DNA of 55,948 bases from a virus. Location: the IMG/VR virus record IMGVR_UViG_3300037473_000309; one strand, given 5' to 3'. The notes below the pieces were generated by a model that made no database searches, had not been told where the DNA came from, and saw nothing but the letters and a program-made list of their open reading frames with translations. How positions within the stretch are numbered: position 1 is the stretch's first letter; the number at the start of each line of letters is the position of its first letter. Both the position numbers and the translations under genes were made by a program. Shown here piece after piece: positions 8,429 to 18,482 of the stretch.

Positions 8429-9595
8429 ATGAATCCTGCTGTTTTAAATTATCTTCAGAATCAACAAACACAACAAAATGCTCCTAATCAAGGGCAACAA
8501 CCTTTTAATCCTTTCGATAGTGGCATAAGAGCTGCTATCGAAAGTGCACGTGTTTCACTTGATATGACAGAAAAACAGCAGGATAAAGCTTTAAGGCGTT
8601 CTTTATTATCTTTTGGGGAAGCATATAGAAATGAACCTACACAAAAAGGTTTCATGAATAATTTCGGTGCAGTTGCAAGATCATTAGGCCCTGCTGTTAT
8701 GGCTCATGATGAAGCAGAAGATTTAGCATTTAAAGAGAATAATAATTTAGCTAATCAAATATTAGCTTATCAAGCTGCAGAACAGAATAGGCAATCTCAA
8801 CAAGAAGAGCGTAATTGGCATAGATCTCACGCTGAAAATCAATTAGCCGAACAAAGAAGATATCATGATATGATGGATGCTTATCATAATAGGCAATTAG
8901 AACAAAAAAATCCATCTATGGGAGAGGCTATGAGCGGTGAAGGATTATTTCCTATAGATAATAAAAAAGATTTTGCCGGTTATTTAAAAGATAAGAAATC
9001 TATAGGTACAGTTTTAAATGATATAAATAAAATTGAAGAACATTATAAAAAATTTAAAACTAATACAGCTGGAAACATTTTAGATCCAATGGCTCAAGGG
9101 AGATATTATACTAATAAAGCTAAAGATATTGCAGGAAGATTTTTTAATAATAAAGCATTAAAAGCTGAAACTGCCGAAAGAGAAACTTTAAATAGTGAAT
9201 TAAATAAATTTGTTACTAGTTCAGAAAGAGCTTTAAAAGGTGGTGGTGTTATAGGTCCACGTCTTATTGAGTTATTTAAAGAACAAGGTATTTATCCTAG
9301 CTTAGAAGAAGATTCTAGAGAGTCGTTTGAATCTAAATTAAAAATGTTAAAAGAGGAAATTGAAAATTCTTATAAAGCAGCTAATTTAAGTTTACAATAT
9401 AAAGTACATATAGATCCTTCTCAAGTCACTGATTTCGAAGCTAAATTAAAAGGAGAAGCGCCTGAAAAAGAAATTATTCCTTCTACTAATAATGAATCTA
9501 TTTTAATGCAAGATTCACAAGGGAAACAATATCAAATTCCAACTAACGAAGTTAATGATGCCTTACAAGATGGTTTAATTCTTGTGGAAGGTTAA
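8429..9595 (+). CDS. Virion-module protein, Gln-rich N-terminus with helical/coiled-coil body
   Basis: 388-aa ORF tightly packed (1-nt gap) in the structural operon. No recognisable motif. Confidence 0.45.
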   Translation: MNPAVLNYLQNQQTQQNAPNQGQQPFNPFDSGIRAAIESARVSLDMTEKQQDKALRRSLLSFGEAYRNEPTQKGFMNNFGAVARSLGPAVMAHDEAEDLAFKENNNLANQILAYQAAEQNRQSQQEERNWHRSHAENQLAEQRRYHDMMDAYHNRQLEQKNPSMGEAMSGEGLFPIDNKKDFAGYLKDKKSIGTVLNDINKIEEHYKKFKTNTAGNILDPMAQGRYYTNKAKDIAGRFFNNKALKAETAERETLNSELNKFVTSSERALKGGGVIGPRLIELFKEQGIYPSLEEDSRESFESKLKMLKEEIENSYKAANLSLQYKVHIDPSQVTDFEAKLKGEAPEKEIIPSTNNESILMQDSQGKQYQIPTNEVNDALQDGLILVEG

Positions 9596-9597
9596 CA

Positions 9598-11493
9598 TTG
9601 AGTAGATGGGACAAATATAGAGTTGAAGAAGATACTAAACCTTTAAATAATAAATGGGATAAATATAAAGTAACTCCTGTTGCCCCTATTGTACCTGAAA
9701 AAGAAGGTGATTCATGGCCTGCGCTTATTGGTAAGTCTGCATTAAAAGGTTTTTCAAGTATAGCTGATTTACCAGCTTTATCAGCTAAAGCTACTGAAAA
9801 GATTATTAATTTAGGACGTAAAACTTCCGGTAATCCTTCCGAGGTTTATTGGGCTGCTCAAAATCCAAACATTACTAATGTTCCTAAAATTACTACTGAT
9901 AAAAATATCCCTGAAACTAATTATAGTGATTATGTTCCATCAGGAGAATCTCTAAAATCAGGAATAAAAAATTATACAGGTGTAGATTTAGAACCTAATC
10001 CTAGTAGCCCTGCTCAAAGAATTGTTGCACAAGGTGCTGATTTTGGAGCTGCTATGTTACCATGGAATTGGAAAGCCAAAGGACAAAATTTATTTAATCA
10101 ATTTAAAAACGCAGCTAAAGCTTCAAAAGGAGCAACTGCTGTTGGTTTAGGATCTGGTACTTTACAAGAATCAGGAGTAAATCCTTTTGCAGCTGATGTT
10201 ATATCTAGTGTTGCAGTTCCTCATTTTAAAGCTCCTTCTTTAAATGGAATAAAACAATTTCCTGCAAATATAATTGGAAAGACAGCTACGAAACTTGCTG
10301 GTTTAGGTCCAAATAAAATAAATGTAAAAGTTGCAGAAGCTGCGAAAGATCTTGGAATAAAACTACCTGCTACTGCTCTTACTGATAGTACTTTAACGGG
10401 TCTTATTGATCAAACTGTATCTAAAACTCCATTTTTTGGCAATCTTTTAAAAACTAAATATGATCAAGTTAAAGAGAAAGTTCATAAAAATCTTGAAAAT
10501 ATTTATGATCAAATAGGTCCTACAAGAACTCCCGAAGTAACTAAAAAAATTAATGATAATTATAAAAATACCGGAAAATTATTACCTGAGAAGGCCGTTA
10601 CAGTACCTACCCATACCGCTAAAGCACTTAATGAATTAAATGATTCATTTTATGCAGATATTTCTTCTCCCGATAGAGTAAAAATAAAAGCTTATGTTAA
10701 TGATTTAAAAAGTAAGATTGATCCTAAGATAACAACTCAACATGGCGACATAAATATACCCTTACAAGATTATGCAGTTAGAAAACTCATAGATGGAAAG
10801 GTAATGATTAATGATATTGTTTATGATTTAAAAGGTGACTCATTAGAACGTTTAAAAAACATTAATCATGCTATTAGTGAAGATATTGCTGAATATGGAA
10901 AGAAAAACCCTGAATGGTATAAAAAATTTAAAGAAGCTGATAAATTTTATGGGGATGTAGCTAAAAGAGAAAATACTGAAAAATTATTAAGAAACCAAGC
11001 TACAATGGATGATGCAGAAGAATTATCTTATGCTGCTTTAAATAATTCGATTAATAATAAACAAAATTTAAATTTAATCCAAAGAAACACTACCCCTGAA
11101 ACTTTTGAAAAAATAAAGAAATTAGGGATAGTTTCAAAAGCTATGGTACAAAAAAATAGAAGGGTACCTAATCCTTCAGGTACAGCTCTTACAAGTTTAA
11201 CTGTTTCCGCAGGTTTAGGACTAGTAGCAACGTTATTTGATAATCCAAGTGAAATAATCACAGGAGGAGGTTTAAGTACAATTATAGGAACAGCAGCAGC
11301 CACTTCTCTTTTAACTGATGAAAGAGTAGTAGATTTATCTTTGAAACTTGCACAGGAAAAAGGTAAAGCAAAATTAGTTACTGCAATGAAGTTAAATAAA
11401 CGTGTAAAAGATATCACGGGCTATACATTAAATAGTATTTATCGAGCTTCTAGGAATTTGAATAAAGAGGAAGAACAAGATGAATTACAATGA
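9598..11493 (+). CDS. Large virion-module protein (TTG start)
   Basis: 631-aa ORF. The TTG start has a GGAAGG Shine-Dalgarno 6 nt upstream and there is no in-frame ATG nearby. A hydrophobic Gly/Ala segment lies near the C-terminus. Confidence 0.5.
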   Translation: MSRWDKYRVEEDTKPLNNKWDKYKVTPVAPIVPEKEGDSWPALIGKSALKGFSSIADLPALSAKATEKIINLGRKTSGNPSEVYWAAQNPNITNVPKITTDKNIPETNYSDYVPSGESLKSGIKNYTGVDLEPNPSSPAQRIVAQGADFGAAMLPWNWKAKGQNLFNQFKNAAKASKGATAVGLGSGTLQESGVNPFAADVISSVAVPHFKAPSLNGIKQFPANIIGKTATKLAGLGPNKINVKVAEAAKDLGIKLPATALTDSTLTGLIDQTVSKTPFFGNLLKTKYDQVKEKVHKNLENIYDQIGPTRTPEVTKKINDNYKNTGKLLPEKAVTVPTHTAKALNELNDSFYADISSPDRVKIKAYVNDLKSKIDPKITTQHGDINIPLQDYAVRKLIDGKVMINDIVYDLKGDSLERLKNINHAISEDIAEYGKKNPEWYKKFKEADKFYGDVAKRENTEKLLRNQATMDDAEELSYAALNNSINNKQNLNLIQRNTTPETFEKIKKLGIVSKAMVQKNRRVPNPSGTALTSLTVSAGLGLVATLFDNPSEIITGGGLSTIIGTAAATSLLTDERVVDLSLKLAQEKGKAKLVTAMKLNKRVKDITGYTLNSIYRASRNLNKEEEQDELQ

Positions 11494-12136
11494 TTTAAAG
11501 AATTTAATGATAGCTTATACTAATAGGAATGAACCTGTATTCATTACTCAAATCCCTAATTTAATTAATCAGGCTTTGAGTAATATTTATAGTAGAGCAA
11601 AAACTATTGGTTTTCAGAAAACAACAGAAGGAGTAATGTTACCAAATATTCCTTATATTTCAAAACCATTAGATTATAAGTCTACTATAAATTTACAATA
11701 TATTAATAATTCAAATATTGTATTTTTATTACCTAGAAGTTATGAATTTTGTACTACTTATTGGCCAGATGAAGAAATTTCTAATGAAAATGCTCCTCCT
11801 GCTTTTTATTCAGCTGATATGAATGTACCTCAAAATGACGCAGGTGGTACTCCTCCACGTATTTATATAGCACCTACACCTGCTATTGCTTATCCGTATT
11901 CACTTACATATTTGAGTTTTCCTCCTATATTTGATGATCAAAATAGTACTAACTTTTTAACAGATAAGTATCCAAACCTGTTGATATATGCATGTATGGT
12001 ACAGGCTATTCCATTTTTAAAATCAGATGAAAGAGCTAATTTATTTACCTCTTTATATGAAAAAGAATTAGAAAATATAAATAAAGATACAGTTGAAAGA
12101 TATACTGATCGTGTTACTAAACGTAATAAGGATTAA
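11480..12136 (+). CDS. Virion structural protein (possible adaptor/tail tubular A-like)
   Basis: 218 aa, overlapping the upstream gene by 14 nt. The function is guessed only from size and position ahead of the 549-aa ORF. Confidence 0.4.
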   Translation: MNYNDLKNLMIAYTNRNEPVFITQIPNLINQALSNIYSRAKTIGFQKTTEGVMLPNIPYISKPLDYKSTINLQYINNSNIVFLLPRSYEFCTTYWPDEEISNENAPPAFYSADMNVPQNDAGGTPPRIYIAPTPAIAYPYSLTYLSFPPIFDDQNSTNFLTDKYPNLLIYACMVQAIPFLKSDERANLFTSLYEKELENINKDTVERYTDRVTKRNKD

Positions 12137-12138
12137 GC

Positions 12139-13788
12139 ATGGCTAATCAACTTTATCCTTTAATTTACAAACCTGGTATAAAAAGAGATGGTACGACCTT
12201 TCAAGCTGATTTCTGCACAGATGGTCAATGGGTAAGATTCCAACGGGGTAACATCCGTAAGATGGGAAGCATGCAAGGTATGAAAGGAATAGGTAGAGAA
12301 AATACCAACGGAAAACCTACAACGACTAATATTACTATATTACCTGAAAAGGGAAATACTAGTGATATGCAAGTTTATTTAGCTAATTCAAGTGGCATTA
12401 ATCGTGTTAGAACTACCCAAGGAGTAGCAAATTCTGTTTATAATAATATATATGTTGCAAATAATGATAATCTAATTTGGAAATCTGAAATTATTATACA
12501 AAATGATAATAAACATATTGTATATGTAGGTTCATATAATAAATTTAATATTAGTGATGAAATTCCTTCTACTTTAGTATCAGGGGTTATAGGGCAAAAT
12601 TTAAAAGATTTAGTTAATCCACCTAAAGATCAAAGAGGGATATGTGGGGCATTATTCGCATCAAATTATCTATTTTTATATGGCTCTAATGGATTGGTAC
12701 AATGGAGTAAGTTAAAAGAACCTCTTGATTTCACAGATTCACAAAATCGAAATATTACTATTAGTAACGATCAAGTTGTTGATGCTAAATCTATTCGTGG
12801 GGGTACAAATAGCCCTACTATATTATTTTGGACTTTGTCTTCAGTTGTAAGATGTATAAATACCCCTGATACTGGTGGTAATTTACAATTTCAAATAGAT
12901 GTAATGTCTAAGAGTTCATCAATTTTATCTACCAGATGTGTAGTAGAATATGATGGATTATTTTTCTGGCCTGGTACTAATAGATTCTTTCAATATAACG
13001 GTATTGTACAAGAATTAGCAAATACTATGAGTCTAAATTATTTTTATAATAATTTAGATATGAGTAGGCGTCAACAAGTAGTAGGGGTTAAAAATACTCA
13101 ATATGGGGAGATCTGGTGGTTTTATCCTGAAAGAATGAATGCTCCAAATAGAGATCCTAATATTCCTGAAGGAGAAAATAGTAGAGCTATTATATATAAT
13201 ATAAGAGAGAACGCTTGGTATGATACAATTATAAGTAGGTCAGCTGCTATTTATTCTGAAGATTTCGGGTTTATGGCAAGTTATGGTTATCCGTTAAGTG
13301 CTCCTGAAAATGGAAATACAGCATTATTTAGACATGAGTATGAATATTTGACAGTTAATCCAAATGAAATAACTGAGAATTTTATATTAAGTGATGGAAC
13401 TGAAAAAAAAGTAGCTATTCCTTCTTTTTTTACTACACCTGTATTTTCATGGGCAGCATTTAATCCTATGAAACAATTAACAGGTTCTGATAGATGGATG
13501 TTACTTGTTACTATTGAGCCAGATTTTATCTTATTACCTGCAAATCCTGATTTAAAAGTCATTATTAATACCAAACAATATGCTCAAAATATAGCTATCT
13601 CATCAGATAATTTTGATGTTCCTCCTTTGCAAGTATTACAAGGACCTATAAGTTCTAATGATATACTTGATTGTAAAATTGATACTTGTTTCCAAGGTAG
13701 GCATATGACCTTAACTTTTACAAGTAATCTTAGTAATTTCGAAATGGGACATGTAATGCTAAGTTTAGGTTTAGGGGATGGTAAATGA
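12139..13788 (+). CDS. Virion structural protein (possible tail tubular B/nozzle-like)
   Basis: 549 aa with a 2-nt gap after 11480..12136. The N-terminus LYPLIYKPGIKRDGTTFQADFCTDGQWVRFQRGNIRKMG and ...GEIWWFYPE resemble recalled podovirus tail proteins; unverified. Confidence 0.45.
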   Translation: MANQLYPLIYKPGIKRDGTTFQADFCTDGQWVRFQRGNIRKMGSMQGMKGIGRENTNGKPTTTNITILPEKGNTSDMQVYLANSSGINRVRTTQGVANSVYNNIYVANNDNLIWKSEIIIQNDNKHIVYVGSYNKFNISDEIPSTLVSGVIGQNLKDLVNPPKDQRGICGALFASNYLFLYGSNGLVQWSKLKEPLDFTDSQNRNITISNDQVVDAKSIRGGTNSPTILFWTLSSVVRCINTPDTGGNLQFQIDVMSKSSSILSTRCVVEYDGLFFWPGTNRFFQYNGIVQELANTMSLNYFYNNLDMSRRQQVVGVKNTQYGEIWWFYPERMNAPNRDPNIPEGENSRAIIYNIRENAWYDTIISRSAAIYSEDFGFMASYGYPLSAPENGNTALFRHEYEYLTVNPNEITENFILSDGTEKKVAIPSFFTTPVFSWAAFNPMKQLTGSDRWMLLVTIEPDFILLPANPDLKVIINTKQYAQNIAISSDNFDVPPLQVLQGPISSNDILDCKIDTCFQGRHMTLTFTSNLSNFEMGHVMLSLGLGDGK

Positions 13789-14063
13789 TAAAAGTAATAT
13801 GGCCACATAATATTACTTTTAAATATTGGGCGGCTTGTTTAGTAGCAGATTTTCCAAATGAAAATTTACCAATACCAAATGATGAGAAAAATTGGCAAGA
13901 ATGGGGAACTATAGTAGCAGGGACTGGAGTATTTCAAAGAGCTACAATACCTGCACCACTTAGTTTTAAAGAAGGAACAAAGAAAGAAGTTTTTACTGAT
14001 TGGGAGAAATGGGCAAAAATTGTTTATACAATAATGTCCGATAATTTTAACGTAATTGAATAA
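13785..14063 (+). CDS. Hypothetical protein (Trp-rich)
   Basis: 92-aa ORF. Its start overlaps the upstream stop (ATGA). Confidence 0.45.
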   Translation: MIKVIWPHNITFKYWAACLVADFPNENLPIPNDEKNWQEWGTIVAGTGVFQRATIPAPLSFKEGTKKEVFTDWEKWAKIVYTIMSDNFNVIE

Positions 14064-14073
14064 GAGTAATAAA

Positions 14074-15546
14074 ATGTTAAATACTATGCAATTCCCAACA
14101 ATGTTTGGTCAAAATAATAACAATCCTTATATGGGTAATAATGATTTTTCTTCATCTCAGCAATTACCAAATCCTATGGCTGGTGATATGACAGAAGATA
14201 ATTTATATCCAATGGAATCACAATATAACAATAATTCTGTACCTACTAATTTTGCAGAAGGTGGAAGGGTAGAAAAAAAACCTAAACATAATCCATATCA
14301 TTCTATGGCTGAAATGGTCAGATTACAAGGTAAAGGAGAAGATAGTATCCTTGCTCATATTAATCCGTTAGAAGCTATGATGTTAAAGCAAATGGGCGGT
14401 AAAGGTACAATAAATAAAAAAACAGGCCTTCCCCAATTTGGATTTTTAAACAAACCTGGTAAAGCTTTAAAAAGTATAGCAGGGGGTGTAGGTGGATCTA
14501 TTTTAGGTAATATGCTTATGCCAGGAATAGGTGGCGTTATAGGTGGAGGCTTAGGACAAGGGTTACAACACAAAGCACGCGGTAAATCTTTTGGTCAAGG
14601 ACTATTAAATGGAGCAATGACAGGTGCATCCTTACCAACAATTGCTACATTAGGTGGAAGTGGTTTAAATTATTTAGGTGCAAATAATGCTGGTAATTAT
14701 TTAAGTGATTATGGAAGTGCTAATTCTTTATTACCTTCATTAGGGATAGGTACATCTAATACTATACAATCTAATACTCCTATTAATTCTTCACCTTTGG
14801 GAGGTATATTATCTTCTGCTGGTAAAGGAATAGGCAGTACTGGTGTATCTGCAGGTTCAAATGCTGCAGCACCTGAAAGTTTTACTGATATGTTAATGGA
14901 TAATAGTAAGAAATTTTTATCTAAACCTAAAAATCTTCTAACATTAGCTTCTGTTGGTGGAAGTATGTTAAATAAACCTAAAGAAAAAAGTCCTGAAAGA
15001 CTTGCAGCAGAACAAAAAAGATATTTACAAGCATCCATGCTTACACCTGCTGAAAGAGCAGCATTAGAAGCTGATTTATTAGCTCAAAGACAAATGGAAC
15101 GTAGAATTGCATTAAGGCAATATCTTCCTGAAGAATTATTTGAAGCAAAACCTGTTTATAGAAAAACAAATACACCTGAAGAATATAAGAAAACGGGAAA
15201 TTGGTTAAAATATTATGATAATCCTTCTTTTAGTGGTGCAGCTTTACCAATGAAAAAAGGAGGGCAAGTACCCCATATGATCATTGAAAGTGAAGAAATA
15301 ATAGCTACTCCTAATAAAGGTAAATTCTTAAAAGGACATACTAAAGGACAAGATGATCAAATCGATGCAGCTTTATCTGATGGTGAATTTGTTATACCTG
15401 CGGATGTTGTATCACATATTGGGGATGGTAATAGTACAGCAGGTGGTAAAGAATTTTATAAACTTATTAAGAATGTACGTAAAAGCAAAGGAATGCCTAA
15501 TAAGCTTCCTCCTAAAGCTAAATCAATATTAGAATATATGAGGTAA
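14074..15546 (+). CDS. Internal virion/ejection-type protein with a glycine-zipper segment
   Basis: The ORF track starts at TTG 14056; ATG 14074 is the first ATG. It contains GGVGGSILGNMLMPGIGGVIGGGLGQGLQHKARGKS plus Gly/Ser/Asn-rich regions and a C-terminal DGEFVIPADVVSHIGDGN motif. Confidence 0.55.
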   Translation: MLNTMQFPTMFGQNNNNPYMGNNDFSSSQQLPNPMAGDMTEDNLYPMESQYNNNSVPTNFAEGGRVEKKPKHNPYHSMAEMVRLQGKGEDSILAHINPLEAMMLKQMGGKGTINKKTGLPQFGFLNKPGKALKSIAGGVGGSILGNMLMPGIGGVIGGGLGQGLQHKARGKSFGQGLLNGAMTGASLPTIATLGGSGLNYLGANNAGNYLSDYGSANSLLPSLGIGTSNTIQSNTPINSSPLGGILSSAGKGIGSTGVSAGSNAAAPESFTDMLMDNSKKFLSKPKNLLTLASVGGSMLNKPKEKSPERLAAEQKRYLQASMLTPAERAALEADLLAQRQMERRIALRQYLPEELFEAKPVYRKTNTPEEYKKTGNWLKYYDNPSFSGAALPMKKGGQVPHMIIESEEIIATPNKGKFLKGHTKGQDDQIDAALSDGEFVIPADVVSHIGDGNSTAGGKEFYKLIKNVRKSKGMPNKLPPKAKSILEYMR

Positions 15547-15548
15547 AT

Positions 15549-17480
15549 ATGGGATTTTTTAAGAACCCTTTAAAAGCAATTACAAATTCATTAGGGGGAG
15601 TAGGGGGGGCAGCTATAGGTAATATTATTGCTCCTGGGATAGGGGGGGCACTTGTAGGGGGTGCCTTAGGACAAGGATTACAACACAAAGCACGTGGTAA
15701 ATCACCTATACAAGGTATGATTAAAGGAGGAACATACGGAGCTGGATATCCTATTGTAAGTTCTGTTATACCAAATGTTTTTGAAAAAAGACGTAATTCT
15801 TCACATTCTAATCAACAAGCACAACAATCTCAATTGCCTGTTGCACCACCAAGAAGTTCTCAATTTTTATCTAATGAACAATTATCTCAAAAACTTAGAA
15901 ATAGATTAGCTGCTGATTCATTAGCGTTAAATAATTCTAATTATCCTGCTTATAAAGGTGAGATGGTTGCACCTGAGTCGGCTCTTACTCAAAGGGCAAG
16001 ATCACTTAGACAAGAAAATATTAATAAACCTCTTCCTTACTCTAAAAAAATTGGGACAATGTTAAATAAGGAAGCTACAGGTTTTTCACCAGAACAAAGT
16101 AGAGCTTTACTTGATATAATTGGAAGAGGGGGGCAAGATCAAAACGAAGTCTTAAATAGATTACAAAAACAATTTGGTAAAAATTATGGATATGAAAATG
16201 AAAGAGCAGATAGATTACAAGATAAAATAGGAAGAGACATTGGGCGTGCTGAGAAAAATACCATATCTAATTTTGAAAGACTTAATAATGAGTTTAAGGA
16301 TGTAGAAAATAGACGTAATATGGATGTAGCAAGAGCTTTTCATGATGCCGGTTTACAAAAAAGCGGAAGAAGAAATGCTCTTATTAATCAGTTAGAAGAT
16401 TTTGGACAGCAAGATTATGCTTTAAGAAATATGCAAAATATGGCTAAAAGAGATGCTTTTGATGAAGAAGTACAAATGCCGGGGAGGAAAATAGCTATTG
16501 CATCTAAAGCTTTAAACGCTCTTGGTAATGCAGAAGATCATCCAAGCTTGTTAGAAGCACGCAATAAAGAATTACAGAGAATTCAAAATGCATATAATGC
16601 CCCTCATATGAATTATCCCGGGCAAAGGGTTATAGGAATGCAACCTGAAAGTCAACAGGCTATGAGTAATGCTCTTTCTTTAAGTCCTAATTATAGAGAT
16701 TCTTATTATGCGCAACGTAAAGATATTGAAAGAAATGCTTTAAATAATAGTTTACCTGATCAAGCCTTTAATGCTATTCCTGGTGCTGTAAATCCATTGA
16801 TGGAAAATCTTGATTATCTAACTAAACAACAACTGAAGAAACAATCTAAAGAAATTGCGGGTAAGCATGTAAGATTAGGTTCTTATGGATCTGGGGCTCA
16901 TAAAGCTGAAACTGAAAGATCTTTAAGAGAAATTCTAAACAGAGTACGTCAGGAAAGAGAAGGAGCTTTAACAGGTGTTACTAAAGGTGAAACCTCTTTA
17001 GCTACAAGAAGAGAACAAACAGGTCTTACAAAACATAGAATGATGGATATGTTAGGTTCTCAAGAATTTGGTAATCTATTAGATAGAAATAACCAATTAA
17101 ATAATATTGGTTTTAATAAAAGAAGTCATAAGCAAGCTGAAGAAAATGCAGCTTTAAGGGAATGGTATGCACAATTGCAACATAGTATGGAAGGTGCTAA
17201 TCCAGGGGCATATAGTAATTTAGCTAAACAATATAATACTAATGTACCTTCTTTATTTAATAGACCCCAAGCTTACAATAATAATTTACAAGCTTTTAAC
17301 CAATATAAAAATACTACTAAACAGGGTCTAACTGATCCTGTATCTAGGAAACAATTAGAGGAATGGGAAGAACAACAAAGACAATCTCTTATGGGAGGAG
17401 GTTATAGTCCTCAATATGGATCTTATGATAATTTAAGATCTCAAGCATTAGCATTAGCAAGAGCTACACCGGTATTTTAA
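15549..17480 (+). CDS. Internal virion/ejection-type protein with an N-terminal glycine zipper paralogous to the upstream gene
   Basis: 643 aa. The N-terminus GGVGGAAIGNIIAPGIGGALVGGALGQGLQHKARGKS is followed by a long Gln/Asn/Arg-rich helical region. Confidence 0.55.
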   Translation: MGFFKNPLKAITNSLGGVGGAAIGNIIAPGIGGALVGGALGQGLQHKARGKSPIQGMIKGGTYGAGYPIVSSVIPNVFEKRRNSSHSNQQAQQSQLPVAPPRSSQFLSNEQLSQKLRNRLAADSLALNNSNYPAYKGEMVAPESALTQRARSLRQENINKPLPYSKKIGTMLNKEATGFSPEQSRALLDIIGRGGQDQNEVLNRLQKQFGKNYGYENERADRLQDKIGRDIGRAEKNTISNFERLNNEFKDVENRRNMDVARAFHDAGLQKSGRRNALINQLEDFGQQDYALRNMQNMAKRDAFDEEVQMPGRKIAIASKALNALGNAEDHPSLLEARNKELQRIQNAYNAPHMNYPGQRVIGMQPESQQAMSNALSLSPNYRDSYYAQRKDIERNALNNSLPDQAFNAIPGAVNPLMENLDYLTKQQLKKQSKEIAGKHVRLGSYGSGAHKAETERSLREILNRVRQEREGALTGVTKGETSLATRREQTGLTKHRMMDMLGSQEFGNLLDRNNQLNNIGFNKRSHKQAEENAALREWYAQLQHSMEGANPGAYSNLAKQYNTNVPSLFNRPQAYNNNLQAFNQYKNTTKQGLTDPVSRKQLEEWEEQQRQSLMGGGYSPQYGSYDNLRSQALALARATPVF

Positions 17481-17483
17481 TTT

Positions 17484-18140
17484 ATGAAGAATGATTACGA
17501 CAGAAATTGGTTAGAAAATTATAAAGTTATCCCTAAAACAGATAACGCAATTTATAAGAATTATCAAAATCCTGCTATGAATAGTTGGGATAGACAAATG
17601 GCAAGCTTAAGTCCAGCTCAGAAGAATAGGTATAATCAATTTTTAAATACTATCCCTTCTGAGTTACAAGGCTTATCAGCTGCAAATATGCAGAAATACC
17701 TACAAGATGTTGATGAGAAACAAAATGCATTAGCTCATGAAAGAGCAGGTTATGAATCTCAAATTAAAAAGATACAAAATGATGAAGCACAAAGAAATGC
17801 GCAATGGCTAGCTCAACGTCAAGCTCAACGTCAAGCTCAACAAGATAGAAACAGAATAGCAGAGATGAATACATGGAGACTAAACCCATATGCATGGACT
17901 AATACTGCTATAATGCGTTTCCGTCATGCAGGTCCTCATCTTGAATATTTGATGAGTACAGGATTACCTTTTAACCAAGCGTTTGAAAAACTAATGCAAG
18001 ATAATTTTTATGCTGGTCATAGTGGCAGTTATCTTAATAATAGTGGTGGCAGAGGATGGCCTCAAGAATCACTTAGTCATTTTTTAAGAACTTATGGACA
18101 TGAAGGATTTAAATTTTTACGTGGTCATGTAAGCTTTTAA
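17484..18140 (+). CDS. Virion-module protein (contains AQRQAQRQAQQ repeat)
   Basis: 218-aa ORF with a 3-nt gap after the upstream gene. It is the last large gene of the + strand structural block. Confidence 0.5.
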   Translation: MKNDYDRNWLENYKVIPKTDNAIYKNYQNPAMNSWDRQMASLSPAQKNRYNQFLNTIPSELQGLSAANMQKYLQDVDEKQNALAHERAGYESQIKKIQNDEAQRNAQWLAQRQAQRQAQQDRNRIAEMNTWRLNPYAWTNTAIMRFRHAGPHLEYLMSTGLPFNQAFEKLMQDNFYAGHSGSYLNNSGGRGWPQESLSHFLRTYGHEGFKFLRGHVSF

Positions 18141-18154
18141 TTTATAATACCCTA

Positions 18155-18183
18155 TTGACTTTTACATAATAATTATGTAAATT
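18155..18183 (+). promoter_or_regulatory. Sigma70-like promoter (TTGACT-17-TAAATT) with an embedded 17-bp palindrome TACATAATAATTATGTA
   Basis: Direct reading. The palindrome (18163-18179) fills the spacer. The 16-mer tttacataataattat recurs at 35938-35953. Confidence 0.5.
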
Positions 18184-18215
18184 AACGTTATAGTTAATTA
18201 AATGGAGGTTTAATT

Positions 18216-18482
18216 ATGATTGATCGTATAACAGTTAAAGTTAATAATTATATAAAAGAATGTATTCAAGATATTAAAGAAGTAATTCAATTTATTATTG
18301 ATGTACTAATGGTAATAGCAATAACTATATCATTAACCTATACATTAATGGTTCCTAATTTATTTACATTTCTTATATCTACATTTTTAGCATATTGGGG
18401 ATATTATAGAGATAACGAATTAATTATAATACTATATGTTATTTTAATGTCTGTAATAACATTTTATAATATCACTACATAA
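18216..18482 (+). CDS. Small membrane protein with 2-3 predicted TM segments (holin-like architecture, unproven)
   Basis: 88 aa with a GGAGG Shine-Dalgarno. Hydrophobic stretches are VLMVIAITISLTYTLMV, LFTFLISTFLAYWGY and IIILYVILMSVITF. Confidence 0.45.
   Translation: MIDRITVKVNNYIKECIQDIKEVIQFIIDVLMVIAITISLTYTLMVPNLFTFLISTFLAYWGYYRDNELIIILYVILMSVITFYNITT

Noticed and set aside
9598-11493. Tape measure protein (siphovirus or myovirus tail)
   Set aside because: No flanking tail tube, chaperone-frameshift or sheath genes are present. The sequence is not the long uninterrupted helical type typical of tape measures. It is kept as a generic large virion protein.
11028-15038. Minus-strand ORFs 11028..11417, 13287..13574, 13584..13808, 14355..14573 and 14709..15038
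   Set aside because: All lie wholly inside long + strand structural genes. They have no independent signals and low-complexity translations.
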